A stretch of DNA of 32,000 nucleotides, from the NCBI RefSeq assembly GCF_000025925.1, contig NC_014033.1, positions 2,370,001-2,402,000 on the forward strand, read 5' to 3'. The notes below the pieces were generated by a model. The model had not been told where the DNA came from. It made no database searches and saw only the letters and a program-made list of their open reading frames with translations. Of this stretch, positions 22,138 through 31,156 are shown piece after piece. Position 1 is the stretch's first letter. Each line of letters opens with the position of its first letter. A program made the translations under genes and the position numbers. The stretch is from Xylanibacter ruminicola 23. Its GTDB lineage: Bacteria > Bacteroidota > Bacteroidia > Bacteroidales > Bacteroidaceae.

Positions 22138-24491
22138 TTATTCGGTTTTGATACTCTCAACAGGATTGGTACGCACAGCCTTCATAATCTGAATGCTGAC
22201 AGAAAGGACAGCCACCAAAAGGGAGAAAGCACAAGTGGCGACGAATATCCATGGACTGAGACTGATGCGATAACTGAAGTTCGAGAGCCAATCGTTCATC
22301 ACATACCACGACAGGGGGATGGCCATCACAAACGATACCAGCAACGGCACACAGAAAGTGCGCAGCATCAGCATCATAACCTCGCTTGAGGTGCTACCCA
22401 TAATTTTACGAATACCTATATCCTTCTGTCGCTGACGGATGAAGAAGAGCGACATGCCGATAAAGCCCAAGACAGACACCACGATGGCAATGAGCGTAAA
22501 GAGCGTGATGAGCTTCAGCGTATGTTGTTGATCCTTGAATGTCTCAGCAATGCTTTCCTCAATACTCTGCACGCTATTTTCTGCAGATCCATTCAGTTTT
22601 TTCATCATCTCATCAAAGGCAGCCTTTGCCTGCTTATCACCATTTGTTTTTACCAGAAACATTGGGAACTCTTTGTCCTTCTGTACTCGGATAGCAAATG
22701 GTTGTATAGGCGAAAGAACATTGACAGAATGGAACTCTTCGAGTACTCCAGCAACCGGTTCTTTTCCCCCATCATACCAACCTAATTCTCGGGCATCGAT
22801 TTTATTGTCTAACTGCCGTAGTGCCTCTTCATTCAGATAAATACCGTCATTACTGGTTCCATGATTATGCTTGATTTGCAGTCCCAACAATTCGAAAGTA
22901 GTCTTGTCCATATCCGTCTCAAACATAGATACAAACTTGTCGTCACGGACAATGATATAAACACCTGTATGAAACTGATTGAATGTGCACCCGTTAAAGG
23001 TCCTATTCTCTCTACAAAAGGCATCTTTCTCAGCTTACTTCTGACAACCTGCTCCTTCCCTTCGGGACTGATGATATAGAAGAGATTTTCTGTATTAAAG
23101 CCAAGGGGGGCATGGATAAGATGGTGCAACTGAAGCCAGATAACCAAACTGGCCGTGAGCATCGTAACAGTAATAACATTCTGTAGGATGATGAACACCT
23201 TACCAAGTACCATTTTGGAACGAAAGCGGAAATTACCTTTCACGATATCGATGGGCTGATAGCGGGTCATCTGCCATGAGGGCAAAAGACCTGAAACAAT
23301 ACCAACCAGGAAGATACCTCCAAGACAGAGGCTCACACTCACAATATTGATATCATCTGTGATGGCTATCTTACCTTTAAACAGACTGATGGCATCATCC
23401 TGGAAGCACAGCGCCAAAGCCAATCCTATAGCAAAAGCAAGTGCTACCATCAATGTCGATTCGGCTATCAGCTTCCACGCAATCATTCGTTGACTACTAC
23501 CGAAAAGCCGTCGGGTAGCCATTTCTTTGGATCGGAATCCCGTATTGGCTACAGTTAGATTGATATAGTTGGTGATGGCAAAGAATAGCAGAGCAAGCAC
23601 GGCTGTAATCAAAATATGCAGGCGTGTTTTGTCGCCTTTCTGCAGACCCTTTCCATCATTCTGAGGTGCAAACATCACTTCTTTGAGCGGCGTTACACTC
23701 ACCTTATATTCTCCGAAAGGAATGAAATAGTTATTGACTATATAGTTATCAATGGTTTTCTTCTTGTTATCGAGAGTCATCCCTGGACGGAGCATGAAGA
23801 ACACCTTGCAGGCACCTGCATTACTGAATGCATAGGAGTAGCTAGGAAACTCTGCACTCAGCATCTGTGGATAGCGTTTCATATTAGCGATGATCTGCGT
23901 CTCGTTAGGCAGCACTGTATGGTCGAAGTCCTTTGCAACGGCACTGACGGTATATACCAACGTGCTGTCGTAAACGGTATTGCCAGGCTCCACATCATAC
24001 TCGCCTACAATCTGTACTGATTCGCCAATAGGATTCTTATCTCCAAACAGTCGGTGAGCCAGTCGTTCTGTGATGACACATTTATCTGGGGAGTTTAAGG
24101 CTGTTTGACGACTTCCTGTCTCCAACTCAAAGTCGAAGAACTGGAAAAAAGTGGAGTCTGCCACCATGATGATGCCATTTTCGTTTTCGCCGTCCTTCAC
24201 CTCCTGCCGACCATACTTGATTTTTCCCCTCACACTCATCACACAGCATTTCTGCTCTATCTCAGGACACATCTCCTTAATCCTATCTCCAGCCTGAGGC
24301 CACATGGAGAAACTTGTCTGGTCCCCCACCAGATAAATACGATCGGCATTCTTGTGCCACGAGTCGATGCTGTACTGGCGCCAGGTGTAGTCGCCCAGCA
24401 GGATGATAAACATTAACGACACGACAAGCCCTACCACATTGATTAATGTGTAGAGCTTGTTGCGCGATAGGAAGCGAAAGTAACTTTTCAT
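22138..24491 (-). pseudogene. frameshifted double-FtsX ABC permease, paralog of 19057-21408
   Basis: ORFs 22833-24491 and 22138-22926 are collinear with the 783-aa paralog. Homology switches frame after ...MPFVERIG, near 23000-23010 on the plus strand. The downstream frame is open from there to 22138. Confidence 0.75.
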
Positions 24492-24504
24492 GCGGTTTTA
24501 TGGT

Positions 24505-26883
24505 TTATTCGTTCTTAATGTTGTTGATAGGATTTTCGGTTGCGGCGCGCCATCCCTGCAGGGCGGCAGTAAGCACATTTACTACCAGCACGATGATCAG
24601 CGAGAGTACCAACGGCGTGAACTGCATCTCTACATGCAAACCTGATATACTGCCTGCCGTAGGTGCCAGCCAGTAAGCCAACGGGATAGCAATGATGGCG
24701 GCTACCAGCGACTGTACAAACACCGTTCGTAACAAGTGCAGGGTGATACTGCTTACTTCGGCACCAAACACACGGCGCACAGCAATCTCACGCCTACGCT
24801 GACCTACAAAGTAACTGTTCATCGCCATCAGTCCCAGGATAGCTATCAGCAAGGCCACAAACGTAAACACGGTAAGCACACTCAGGAATCGCTCGTAATC
24901 CTCGTACCATTCCTGATGCTTCTGACTCAGCGAATGAACCTCGGAAGCCTCATGACCAGTCAGCTCCTGGAACAAGGTTTTCATCTTTGCCTCTACCCGC
25001 TCGCGATCGCCATGATATTTCACAATCGTCATACGTGGCGAGCCGTACATACGCTGCACAAAACTGGTGGTGTCGTTAACATATTCATCCGTTTTCAACA
25101 TCATGATAGGTGTGGGATGCATCTCCTCGTTCATCACGGTCTGATAGATAATATCGGGATAAACAGCCGAAATAGTCATATTGAAGTGACCACTGGTGCT
25201 CACTATCTCTCGGGTATCATCACTCTTACCAAACTGGCGCAGTAACTGGTGGTTCACACCTACTCCATTATCCGAATAAGTCTTCTCAGGATGCAGGTTC
25301 AAGATATTGAAGAAACAGCTGTCGCCCATCAGGTAGCGCATACTTACCACTGTACCATCGTCGGCCTGGGTGGTGTTGTTCTCCAAGAAATCGAGCGGCG
25401 TACCATAGCCATAGCCCACGCCATCAACCTCGGGCATCTGCAACAACTTCTGACGATAGGTCTGACGCTGTGTCAAACTCAGGTTATGAAGTCCCCAGGT
25501 TTCCAGAATATTCTCGTAATCGTAACCTAAGGGCTGATGCATCTTTTCGCGGATATTGCTACTGAGCAACAAGGTTACAGTGAGCATCACGATGGCAAAC
25601 ACAGCCTGAATCACCATCAGCACATGACTCCAGCGCTGGCGCACACGGCGACGGAAGGTGCCACGAACGATATCGATAGGCTGGTAGCCGCTAAGTATCG
25701 AGGCGGGCACAAAACCTGCCAACGCCCCCACCAAAGCTATCATCACCACAAAACCAATGATGGTAACAATACCAGTATCTTTGAGCAGATCTATCTGACA
25801 AGCAGCCATCTCGATAGCCTTATCCTGCAGGGCAAGGGCAACCAGATAGGCCACAGCAAAGGCGATGGCGGTGAAGAAGATGCTCTCGCCTATCAGCTTC
25901 AGGAACACCTGCAGGCGCGAGAGACCTAACAATCGGCGTGTGGCCATCTCCTTCGAGCGCTCGGTAGTGAGCGACACACTCAGGTTGACATAATTAAAAA
26001 TAGCGAACACCAGCACCAGCAGGGCTATCACCACATAGAGGTGAGCCATATCGCGATTGCCATGGTTCAGGTCGCCCGACTGGAATGAGCATTCCTTGGC
26101 GTCGTAATACAGATTGGTCAGCGATGTAAGCACCACCTTCTTAACAGCCTCCATGCGATAGAGCCAGAAGAAGGTCTTCATATACTCGCGCATGGCATCG
26201 GCCTTACTGCGCAGGTCGCAACCCTCTTTCTCCATCAGAAACAGTACCGTACTGCCGGCATTGGTCATCTCCTCGGTATAAGCCGAATAGTTAAAATGCT
26301 TATGACTCTCGAGGTTCACCACGCACTCGTGACTGCTGGGGATGACAGAGCGGTCGAAATCGTCCATCACACCGCTGATGGTATAGGTGACATGCCCGTC
26401 GGGATCGTTCTTATCACCCAGCACCACCTCCTTGCCTACTGCATCGCCCTCGGGCCAATAGCGTTCGGCAAACTTCTTGCTCACCACCATCTGGTTGGGG
26501 GCTTCGAGCACTTTATGCTTGTCGCCAGTCAGCAACTGGTAGTCGAAGAACTCAAAGAAGTTAGGTGCCACCACCAGGATTTTGGTTTTGGCCTCCATGC
26601 CTCGGATATCGAAGGAGGCATCATAACCAGAGACAGAGCACCACGCCTCTATTTCAGGGAAACGGTCCTGCAATTTCTGACCCACACGGAAGTGCGACAT
26701 GGTGAACTCCTCGTTACCCAATGCGAAGATACGCTCGCCACGGGTCTGGTAGTTCTCTACTGATGTCTGACGGTAGATGAGGTCGCCCAACAGCAACAGG
26801 AAGGCCATCGACAGGCACAGGCCCACAATATTAATAATGGTAAACAGGCGATGGCGACCCAGGAACTTAAAATAGCTTTTCAT
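24505..26883 (-). CDS. ABC transporter permease, double FtsX/MacB_PCD type (792 aa)
   Basis: MKSYFKFLGRHRLFTIINIVGL...; two FtsX blocks; C-terminus ...ATENPINNIKNE. Confidence 0.9.
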   Translation of the reverse strand: MKSYFKFLGRHRLFTIINIVGLCLSMAFLLLLGDLIYRQTSVENYQTRGERIFALGNEEFTMSHFRVGQKLQDRFPEIEAWCSVSGYDASFDIRGMEAKTKILVVAPNFFEFFDYQLLTGDKHKVLEAPNQMVVSKKFAERYWPEGDAVGKEVVLGDKNDPDGHVTYTISGVMDDFDRSVIPSSHECVVNLESHKHFNYSAYTEEMTNAGSTVLFLMEKEGCDLRSKADAMREYMKTFFWLYRMEAVKKVVLTSLTNLYYDAKECSFQSGDLNHGNRDMAHLYVVIALLVLVFAIFNYVNLSVSLTTERSKEMATRRLLGLSRLQVFLKLIGESIFFTAIAFAVAYLVALALQDKAIEMAACQIDLLKDTGIVTIIGFVVMIALVGALAGFVPASILSGYQPIDIVRGTFRRRVRQRWSHVLMVIQAVFAIVMLTVTLLLSSNIREKMHQPLGYDYENILETWGLHNLSLTQRQTYRQKLLQMPEVDGVGYGYGTPLDFLENNTTQADDGTVVSMRYLMGDSCFFNILNLHPEKTYSDNGVGVNHQLLRQFGKSDDTREIVSTSGHFNMTISAVYPDIIYQTVMNEEMHPTPIMMLKTDEYVNDTTSFVQRMYGSPRMTIVKYHGDRERVEAKMKTLFQELTGHEASEVHSLSQKHQEWYEDYERFLSVLTVFTFVALLIAILGLMAMNSYFVGQRRREIAVRRVFGAEVSSITLHLLRTVFVQSLVAAIIAIPLAYWLAPTAGSISGLHVEMQFTPLVLSLIIVLVVNVLTAALQGWRAATENPINNIKNE

Positions 26884-26889
26884 AACGCT

Positions 26890-28143
26890 TTACTTAATCA
26901 CTAACACTTCGTTATCCTTAAATGCTTCGTAACCACTGGTAACCACGCGCTCGCCTGGCTCCAGACCTTCGAGAATCTCGTAGTACTGAGGGTTCTGGCG
27001 ACCTACACGGATGTTACGACGATAAGCCTTAGAGCCACTCTTGTCGAGTACAAATATCCACTGTCCACCTGTGGTCTGGAAGAAGGTACCACGAGGGATG
27101 ATGATGGCCTGCTCGGGCTGACCCAGTTCCAGGTCGATATAATAGGTCTGACCAGAACGGATGTTCTCAGGGCGCTCGCCTTTGAATACGAAATCACAAC
27201 GGAACTTACCATCGCGCACCTCGGGGTACACCTTGTGCACCTGCAACTGGTACTGCTTGTCGCCACGGGTAAAGGTAGCCGAAAGACCTGGACGAACGCG
27301 GTCGATATAATGCTCGTCGATGCTGGCCTGCACCTTGTAGTCAGAGAGGTCGTTCAACTGACCAATCTTCTGTCCAGGCTGAATGCTCTGTCCTAACTCC
27401 ACATCCAGCAATCCCAGTTCGCCATCGATAGCCGAACGTATCTCGAGCTTATCCTTACGCTGGCGAACCAATACCACGTTCTTACGCATGTTCTGCAGAT
27501 TGTCCTCCATCTGGTCCATCTGCACGGTGCGATAGATAGAGTCCTGCTTCAGGCGCTTGGTAATGAGCGAGCGCTTCTTGGCAGAGAGCTGGTAATCCTC
27601 CTGCGACTTGATGTAATCCTCCTTGCTAATCAGCTTCTCGGCATACAGGCGCTTGTTCTGATCGTAGGTGCGCTGTTTGCGATGGGTGTCCATATCCAAC
27701 TGAGCCTGCTCAGTCTGGTTGTTCAAACGGTCCTGTTGCATAGCCACCTGGGTGTTACGCAGCAGGTTCTGCTTCTCGGCCAGTTCGGCCTCGGCATTCA
27801 GAATCTGCAGGTCGAGGTTCGAGTTGCTCAATCGAACAATCACATCGCCCTTGTGCACCATCGTACCTTCTTCAACCACCTTCTCCATCACGATACCACC
27901 TTCTTCGGGCGAAATCTGTACTATCTGGATGGGCAGCACCTGTCCGTTGGTACGTACATAGTCCTTAAACTCAGCACGCTGTGCTTCGCTGATGGTCATC
28001 TCGTCCTTGCTCACCTTGAGCGTCGAGGCATGGTTGCCAAAAATCAGCCAAGCTAACATAACTAACAACAAGCTACCGCCTGCTGCGTATGGCCAATACT
28101 TCTTCAGTTGCTGACTCTTAGTTTTTTCGATTACTCTGTCCAT
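26890..28143 (-). CDS. efflux periplasmic adaptor (membrane-fusion protein, HlyD/MacA family, 417 aa)
   Basis: The protein has an N-terminal TM anchor, a lipoyl-like segment (GGIVMEKVVEEGTMVHKGDVIVRL), a long coiled-coil region and a beta-barrel C-terminus. Confidence 0.85.
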   Translation of the reverse strand: MDRVIEKTKSQQLKKYWPYAAGGSLLLVMLAWLIFGNHASTLKVSKDEMTISEAQRAEFKDYVRTNGQVLPIQIVQISPEEGGIVMEKVVEEGTMVHKGDVIVRLSNSNLDLQILNAEAELAEKQNLLRNTQVAMQQDRLNNQTEQAQLDMDTHRKQRTYDQNKRLYAEKLISKEDYIKSQEDYQLSAKKRSLITKRLKQDSIYRTVQMDQMEDNLQNMRKNVVLVRQRKDKLEIRSAIDGELGLLDVELGQSIQPGQKIGQLNDLSDYKVQASIDEHYIDRVRPGLSATFTRGDKQYQLQVHKVYPEVRDGKFRCDFVFKGERPENIRSGQTYYIDLELGQPEQAIIIPRGTFFQTTGGQWIFVLDKSGSKAYRRNIRVGRQNPQYYEILEGLEPGERVVTSGYEAFKDNEVLVIK

Positions 28144-29510
28144 ATTGTTTCTCCTTTATAATATCTTACTAATTGTTCCTTTACCATAGCCATGAGCTGA
28201 CATTGCAGCAGGGTGGCTTTTGAGTTGAGTAGCTGTGCCGATGTGGTGTGCAGATCGATGGCTGTTGCAAGTCCCTCTTCGAACTGTCGACGGGTAAGCT
28301 GATAGGCGATGCTATCGGCCTCAACCTTCTTCTCCATCTGTATGGTCTGCTTCTGATAGCCCTGCCAGTCCTGCCAAGCCTCGCTACTCAGTTTGGCCAG
28401 TTCCAGTTGTTTCTGGTCGTAAGCCTCCTGGGCAATCTTGTAGTTGTTCTTGGCCTTGCGGATGCTGGTAAGGGTTTGCAAACGGTTGAACAGGGGGATG
28501 TTGACTGATACGCCAAAGTATTCACCCATATTATTCTTCATCTGATTGCGGAATGTCTCCGCAGCATCGTTATGTAGCGTTTTGTAATAAGTGGTGCTCA
28601 GACCCGCACTGAGAGAGAGTGATGGGTAAAGAGAAGCGCGAGCCTGATGCCACTCATGTTTCGATGCCTGCATGCGATAACGGGCCACCTGCAGTTCTGG
28701 ATGGCGCTCGTTATCCAGATTTTTTTCTTGCGTCCCGTTGGTAGCAAGCGGCGAGCCGATTACCCACGTTGGGAATGAATTGTTCCCACACTGGGAATCA
28801 AACATTCCCACGTTGGGAATATATTCCAGGCTCAGACTATCACCCAAGGGATAGTTCATGGCCTTTTTCAGTTCCAATATAGCCGAGGCATAAAGGTTCT
28901 GCTGGCGTGTCAGTTCGTAATCGGCCTCAGCCTGTTGCGATTCCACCTGAGCCACATCAGCAGCACTCTTTCGCCCCACCTCTTCAAGCACTTTTACCTG
29001 CTTGAGCAACAACAACGTTTCTTCTACTTTCTCCTCGGCCATTTTTACCAAACCATCGTAGTAAGCCACGCTGGTATAGGCCTGCAGTACGTCGAGTGCC
29101 GTCTGATCCTGACGCTGGCGCAGACTGGCGCGTCCCATCAACTCGCTGGCCTTAGCGGCCTTGAGGGCATGCAGACGACTGAATCCGTCGAATACTGGCA
29201 ACGACGCCGAGAGTTGATAGCCATTATAAAAGGTACTCACATCGGTATAGCCGTTGGTCTCTGGGTCGATGGCACGTCCAAAGTTATACTGGGCACCGAT
29301 GCCAGCATCCACAGAAGGCAGGAAATTACCGATAGCACCGGTCTTCGATGCCTTATAGTTGTCGAGTTCCAACTCGGCCTGTTTCACCTCGTGGTTATGC
29401 TGCACCGCATACTGCATGCATTGCTGCATGGTCCAATCGCTCTGAGCCGAGGCTTGCTGGACGGCCATTGCCAAACATATCTTCAATAATGCTTTCATAC
29501 GCTTTATCAT
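28131..29510 (-). CDS. TolC-family outer membrane efflux protein
   Basis: Signal peptide ...LAMAVQQASAQ, followed by two repeats of the OEP coiled-coil/beta pattern. Start set at ATG 29510 (alternative 29498) because the track's TTG at 29525 lies inside the -7 box. Confidence 0.85.
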   Translation of the reverse strand: MIKRMKALLKICLAMAVQQASAQSDWTMQQCMQYAVQHNHEVKQAELELDNYKASKTGAIGNFLPSVDAGIGAQYNFGRAIDPETNGYTDVSTFYNGYQLSASLPVFDGFSRLHALKAAKASELMGRASLRQRQDQTALDVLQAYTSVAYYDGLVKMAEEKVEETLLLLKQVKVLEEVGRKSAADVAQVESQQAEADYELTRQQNLYASAILELKKAMNYPLGDSLSLEYIPNVGMFDSQCGNNSFPTWVIGSPLATNGTQEKNLDNERHPELQVARYRMQASKHEWHQARASLYPSLSLSAGLSTTYYKTLHNDAAETFRNQMKNNMGEYFGVSVNIPLFNRLQTLTSIRKAKNNYKIAQEAYDQKQLELAKLSSEAWQDWQGYQKQTIQMEKKVEADSIAYQLTRRQFEEGLATAIDLHTTSAQLLNSKATLLQCQLMAMVKEQLVRYYKGETIWTE

Positions 29511-29522
29511 TTTTTTCTGATG

Positions 29523-29553
29523 CAAAGATAGGGTAATAAATATTACCTGCCAA
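29523..29553 (-). promoter_or_regulatory. Bacteroidota promoter (minus): TTG, 20 nt, TATCTTTG
   Basis: Exact geometry, immediately upstream of the tolC-like start. Confidence 0.65.
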
Positions 29554-29580
29554 GCAAAAATAGGGCTCCAAAGGCTGATT

Positions 29581-29618
29581 GTCTAAAATTTATACACCCT
29601 TTTGTATGACTTTTATAC
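29581..29618. promoter_or_regulatory. bipartite palindromic motif, copy C: GTCTAAAATTTATAC-N8-GTATGACTTTTATAC
   Basis: It lies 27 nt from the -33 TTG of the tolC-operon promoter and 60 nt from the -33 TTG of the divergent regulator promoter. Confidence 0.7.
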
Positions 29619-29678
29619 AATTCTTCGTATCTCTGGCTTCGCCGAAGATACTTTCGTTCGAAAAAGCTCAAATAAAAT

Positions 29679-29709
29679 TTGGCTTTTTGCTCACTTATTC
29701 GTATCTTTG
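29679..29709 (+). promoter_or_regulatory. Bacteroidota promoter: TTG, 20 nt, TATCTTTG
   Basis: Exact geometry, 17 nt upstream of ATG 29727. Confidence 0.65.
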
Positions 29710-29726
29710 CACACAAAAATTACATT

Positions 29727-30254
29727 ATGAACAAGTACGGAACCATATTAATCGTTGATGATAACGCGGCCATCCTTACCGCTATGCGTTATCTGCTTGA
29801 CGGCACTTTCGAACAGGTGCTGACCTCGACCAACCCCGATGACATTCTGAAACTGATGGCCCAGCAAACCATCGACATCGTAGTACTCGACATGAACTTT
29901 ACCCTTGGTGTAAACAATGGTAACGAGGGCCTTTTCTGGCTTCGCACCATCCGCAAACAGCACCCCGAAACACCTGTGGTACTGCTCACAGCCTATGCCG
30001 ACATTAACCTGGCGGTAAAGGGACTGAAGAACGGCGCCGCCGATTTTATCACCAAGCCTTGGGATAACGACGAACTGCTACGCAAACTGAAAGATGTGCT
30101 GGATATGCAGAACGAAATCGTCAGTCTCGACGAAGTGGAACAGGAGCATATCCGTCGCACCATCGACCACTGTCATGGTAATCTCACTCAAGCCGCCCAG
30201 TTGTTGGGTATCACCCGTCAGACTCTTTACAACAAGATGAAGCGACTTAGTTAG
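29727..30254 (+). CDS. response regulator, receiver domain plus Fis-type HTH, no AAA+ domain (175 aa)
   Basis: ILIVDDN and VVLDMNF (phospho-acceptor Asp) and ITKPW mark the receiver domain. The C-terminal GNLTQAAQLLGITRQTLYNKMKRL is a Fis/HTH_8 motif. Start moved to 29727, downstream of the promoter. Confidence 0.9.
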   Translation: MNKYGTILIVDDNAAILTAMRYLLDGTFEQVLTSTNPDDILKLMAQQTIDIVVLDMNFTLGVNNGNEGLFWLRTIRKQHPETPVVLLTAYADINLAVKGLKNGAADFITKPWDNDELLRKLKDVLDMQNEIVSLDEVEQEHIRRTIDHCHGNLTQAAQLLGITRQTLYNKMKRLS

Positions 30255-30275
30255 TTGATAGTTGACAGTTGATAG
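30255..30275. repeat. tandem heptamers TTGATAG TTGACAG TTGATAG between the regulator stop and the kinase start
   Basis: Read directly. The array is preceded by TTAG TTAG, which contains the TAG stop, and followed by TT and then ATG 30278. Confidence 0.9.
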
Positions 30276-30277
30276 TT

Positions 30278-31156
30278 ATGGTTACCTTGTGTATTATTAT
30301 AGGTGTGGTACTGGTAGTGTTGGTGATAGCCATTGTGCACCACCAGCATAAGTTGCGATTGCGTGCCCACCTGATGAAAGAGGCCATACGCAATCAAGAC
30401 TTCTCGTTTCGCCTGCCCACCAACAATCTGTTACCTGGCGAGCGTGCCATGCAGGAAGCGCTCAACGAGCTGGGCGAGAATATCCGTCAACAGATGAACA
30501 AGAACGAGGTAGAATCGTGGGAGCGATTAACCCGTGTGCTTACCCACGAGATGATGAACGCCACTGCACCTATCACCAGCATCAGTCAGTCGTTACTGAG
30601 CCGTCCCGACGTAAAGGGCACACTCCTCGAAGATGGTATCAAAGCCATCTACGACACCTCGCGCCATCTGAGCGATTTCGTAACCAATTATCGTAAGATG
30701 TCGGAGCTCGAAAAGCCTGTCCTTTCCGAAGTGCCCTTGCACCCTATGCTCGACGAGCTTTGCAAAACCTATCAGCAGTTGGCTTGGACCATCGATGTGC
30801 CTGCCGATACTATCTTAAAAGCCGATAAGGGCATGCTGCGACAGATATTGATGAACCTCATCAAGAACGCCATCGAGGCCGAAGCCACCAAGATTATCAT
30901 TGAACTCACCAACCAGCCATCACCTAACACCCAACACCCATCACCTATCACCCTACTTATCGGCAACGATGGCAGTCCTATCCCTGCCGAAAACCGCCAG
31001 TCGCTGTTTGTGCCATTCTTTACCACCAAGCGCACAGGTAGCGGTATCGGCTTGTCGTTAAGCCGACGAATGATGATACAACAAGGTGGCATGCTGGATC
31101 TGGCAGAAAAGAATCTACCAGGTTGTCATGTTACGTTTGTACTCTCCTCTATCTGA
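30278..31156 (+). CDS. sensor histidine kinase, one N-terminal TM helix and no obvious sensor domain (292 aa)
   Basis: H-box LTHEMMNATAPI, N-box LMNLIKNAIEA, G1 GNDGSPIP and G2 GSGIGLSL are present. ATG 30278 is preferred over TTG 30269. Confidence 0.9.
   Translation: MVTLCIIIGVVLVVLVIAIVHHQHKLRLRAHLMKEAIRNQDFSFRLPTNNLLPGERAMQEALNELGENIRQQMNKNEVESWERLTRVLTHEMMNATAPITSISQSLLSRPDVKGTLLEDGIKAIYDTSRHLSDFVTNYRKMSELEKPVLSEVPLHPMLDELCKTYQQLAWTIDVPADTILKADKGMLRQILMNLIKNAIEAEATKIIIELTNQPSPNTQHPSPITLLIGNDGSPIPAENRQSLFVPFFTTKRTGSGIGLSLSRRMMIQQGGMLDLAEKNLPGCHVTFVLSSI

Noticed and set aside
22138-22926. The 262-aa and 552-aa ORFs could be two separate genuine genes.
   Set aside because: Together they are collinear with the full-length 783-aa paralog. 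The tail of the 552-aa ORF after ...FVERIG is out-of-frame nonsense, and the downstream frame is open well upstream of the 262-aa ORF's first Met. I call this a single frameshifted gene.
31126-31156. The 31-nt convergent overlap of the kinase and helicase 3' ends could be a regulatory antisense arrangement.
   Set aside because: Short convergent overlaps are common in compact genomes. No additional structure or motif is present, and nothing can be supported beyond the overlap itself.
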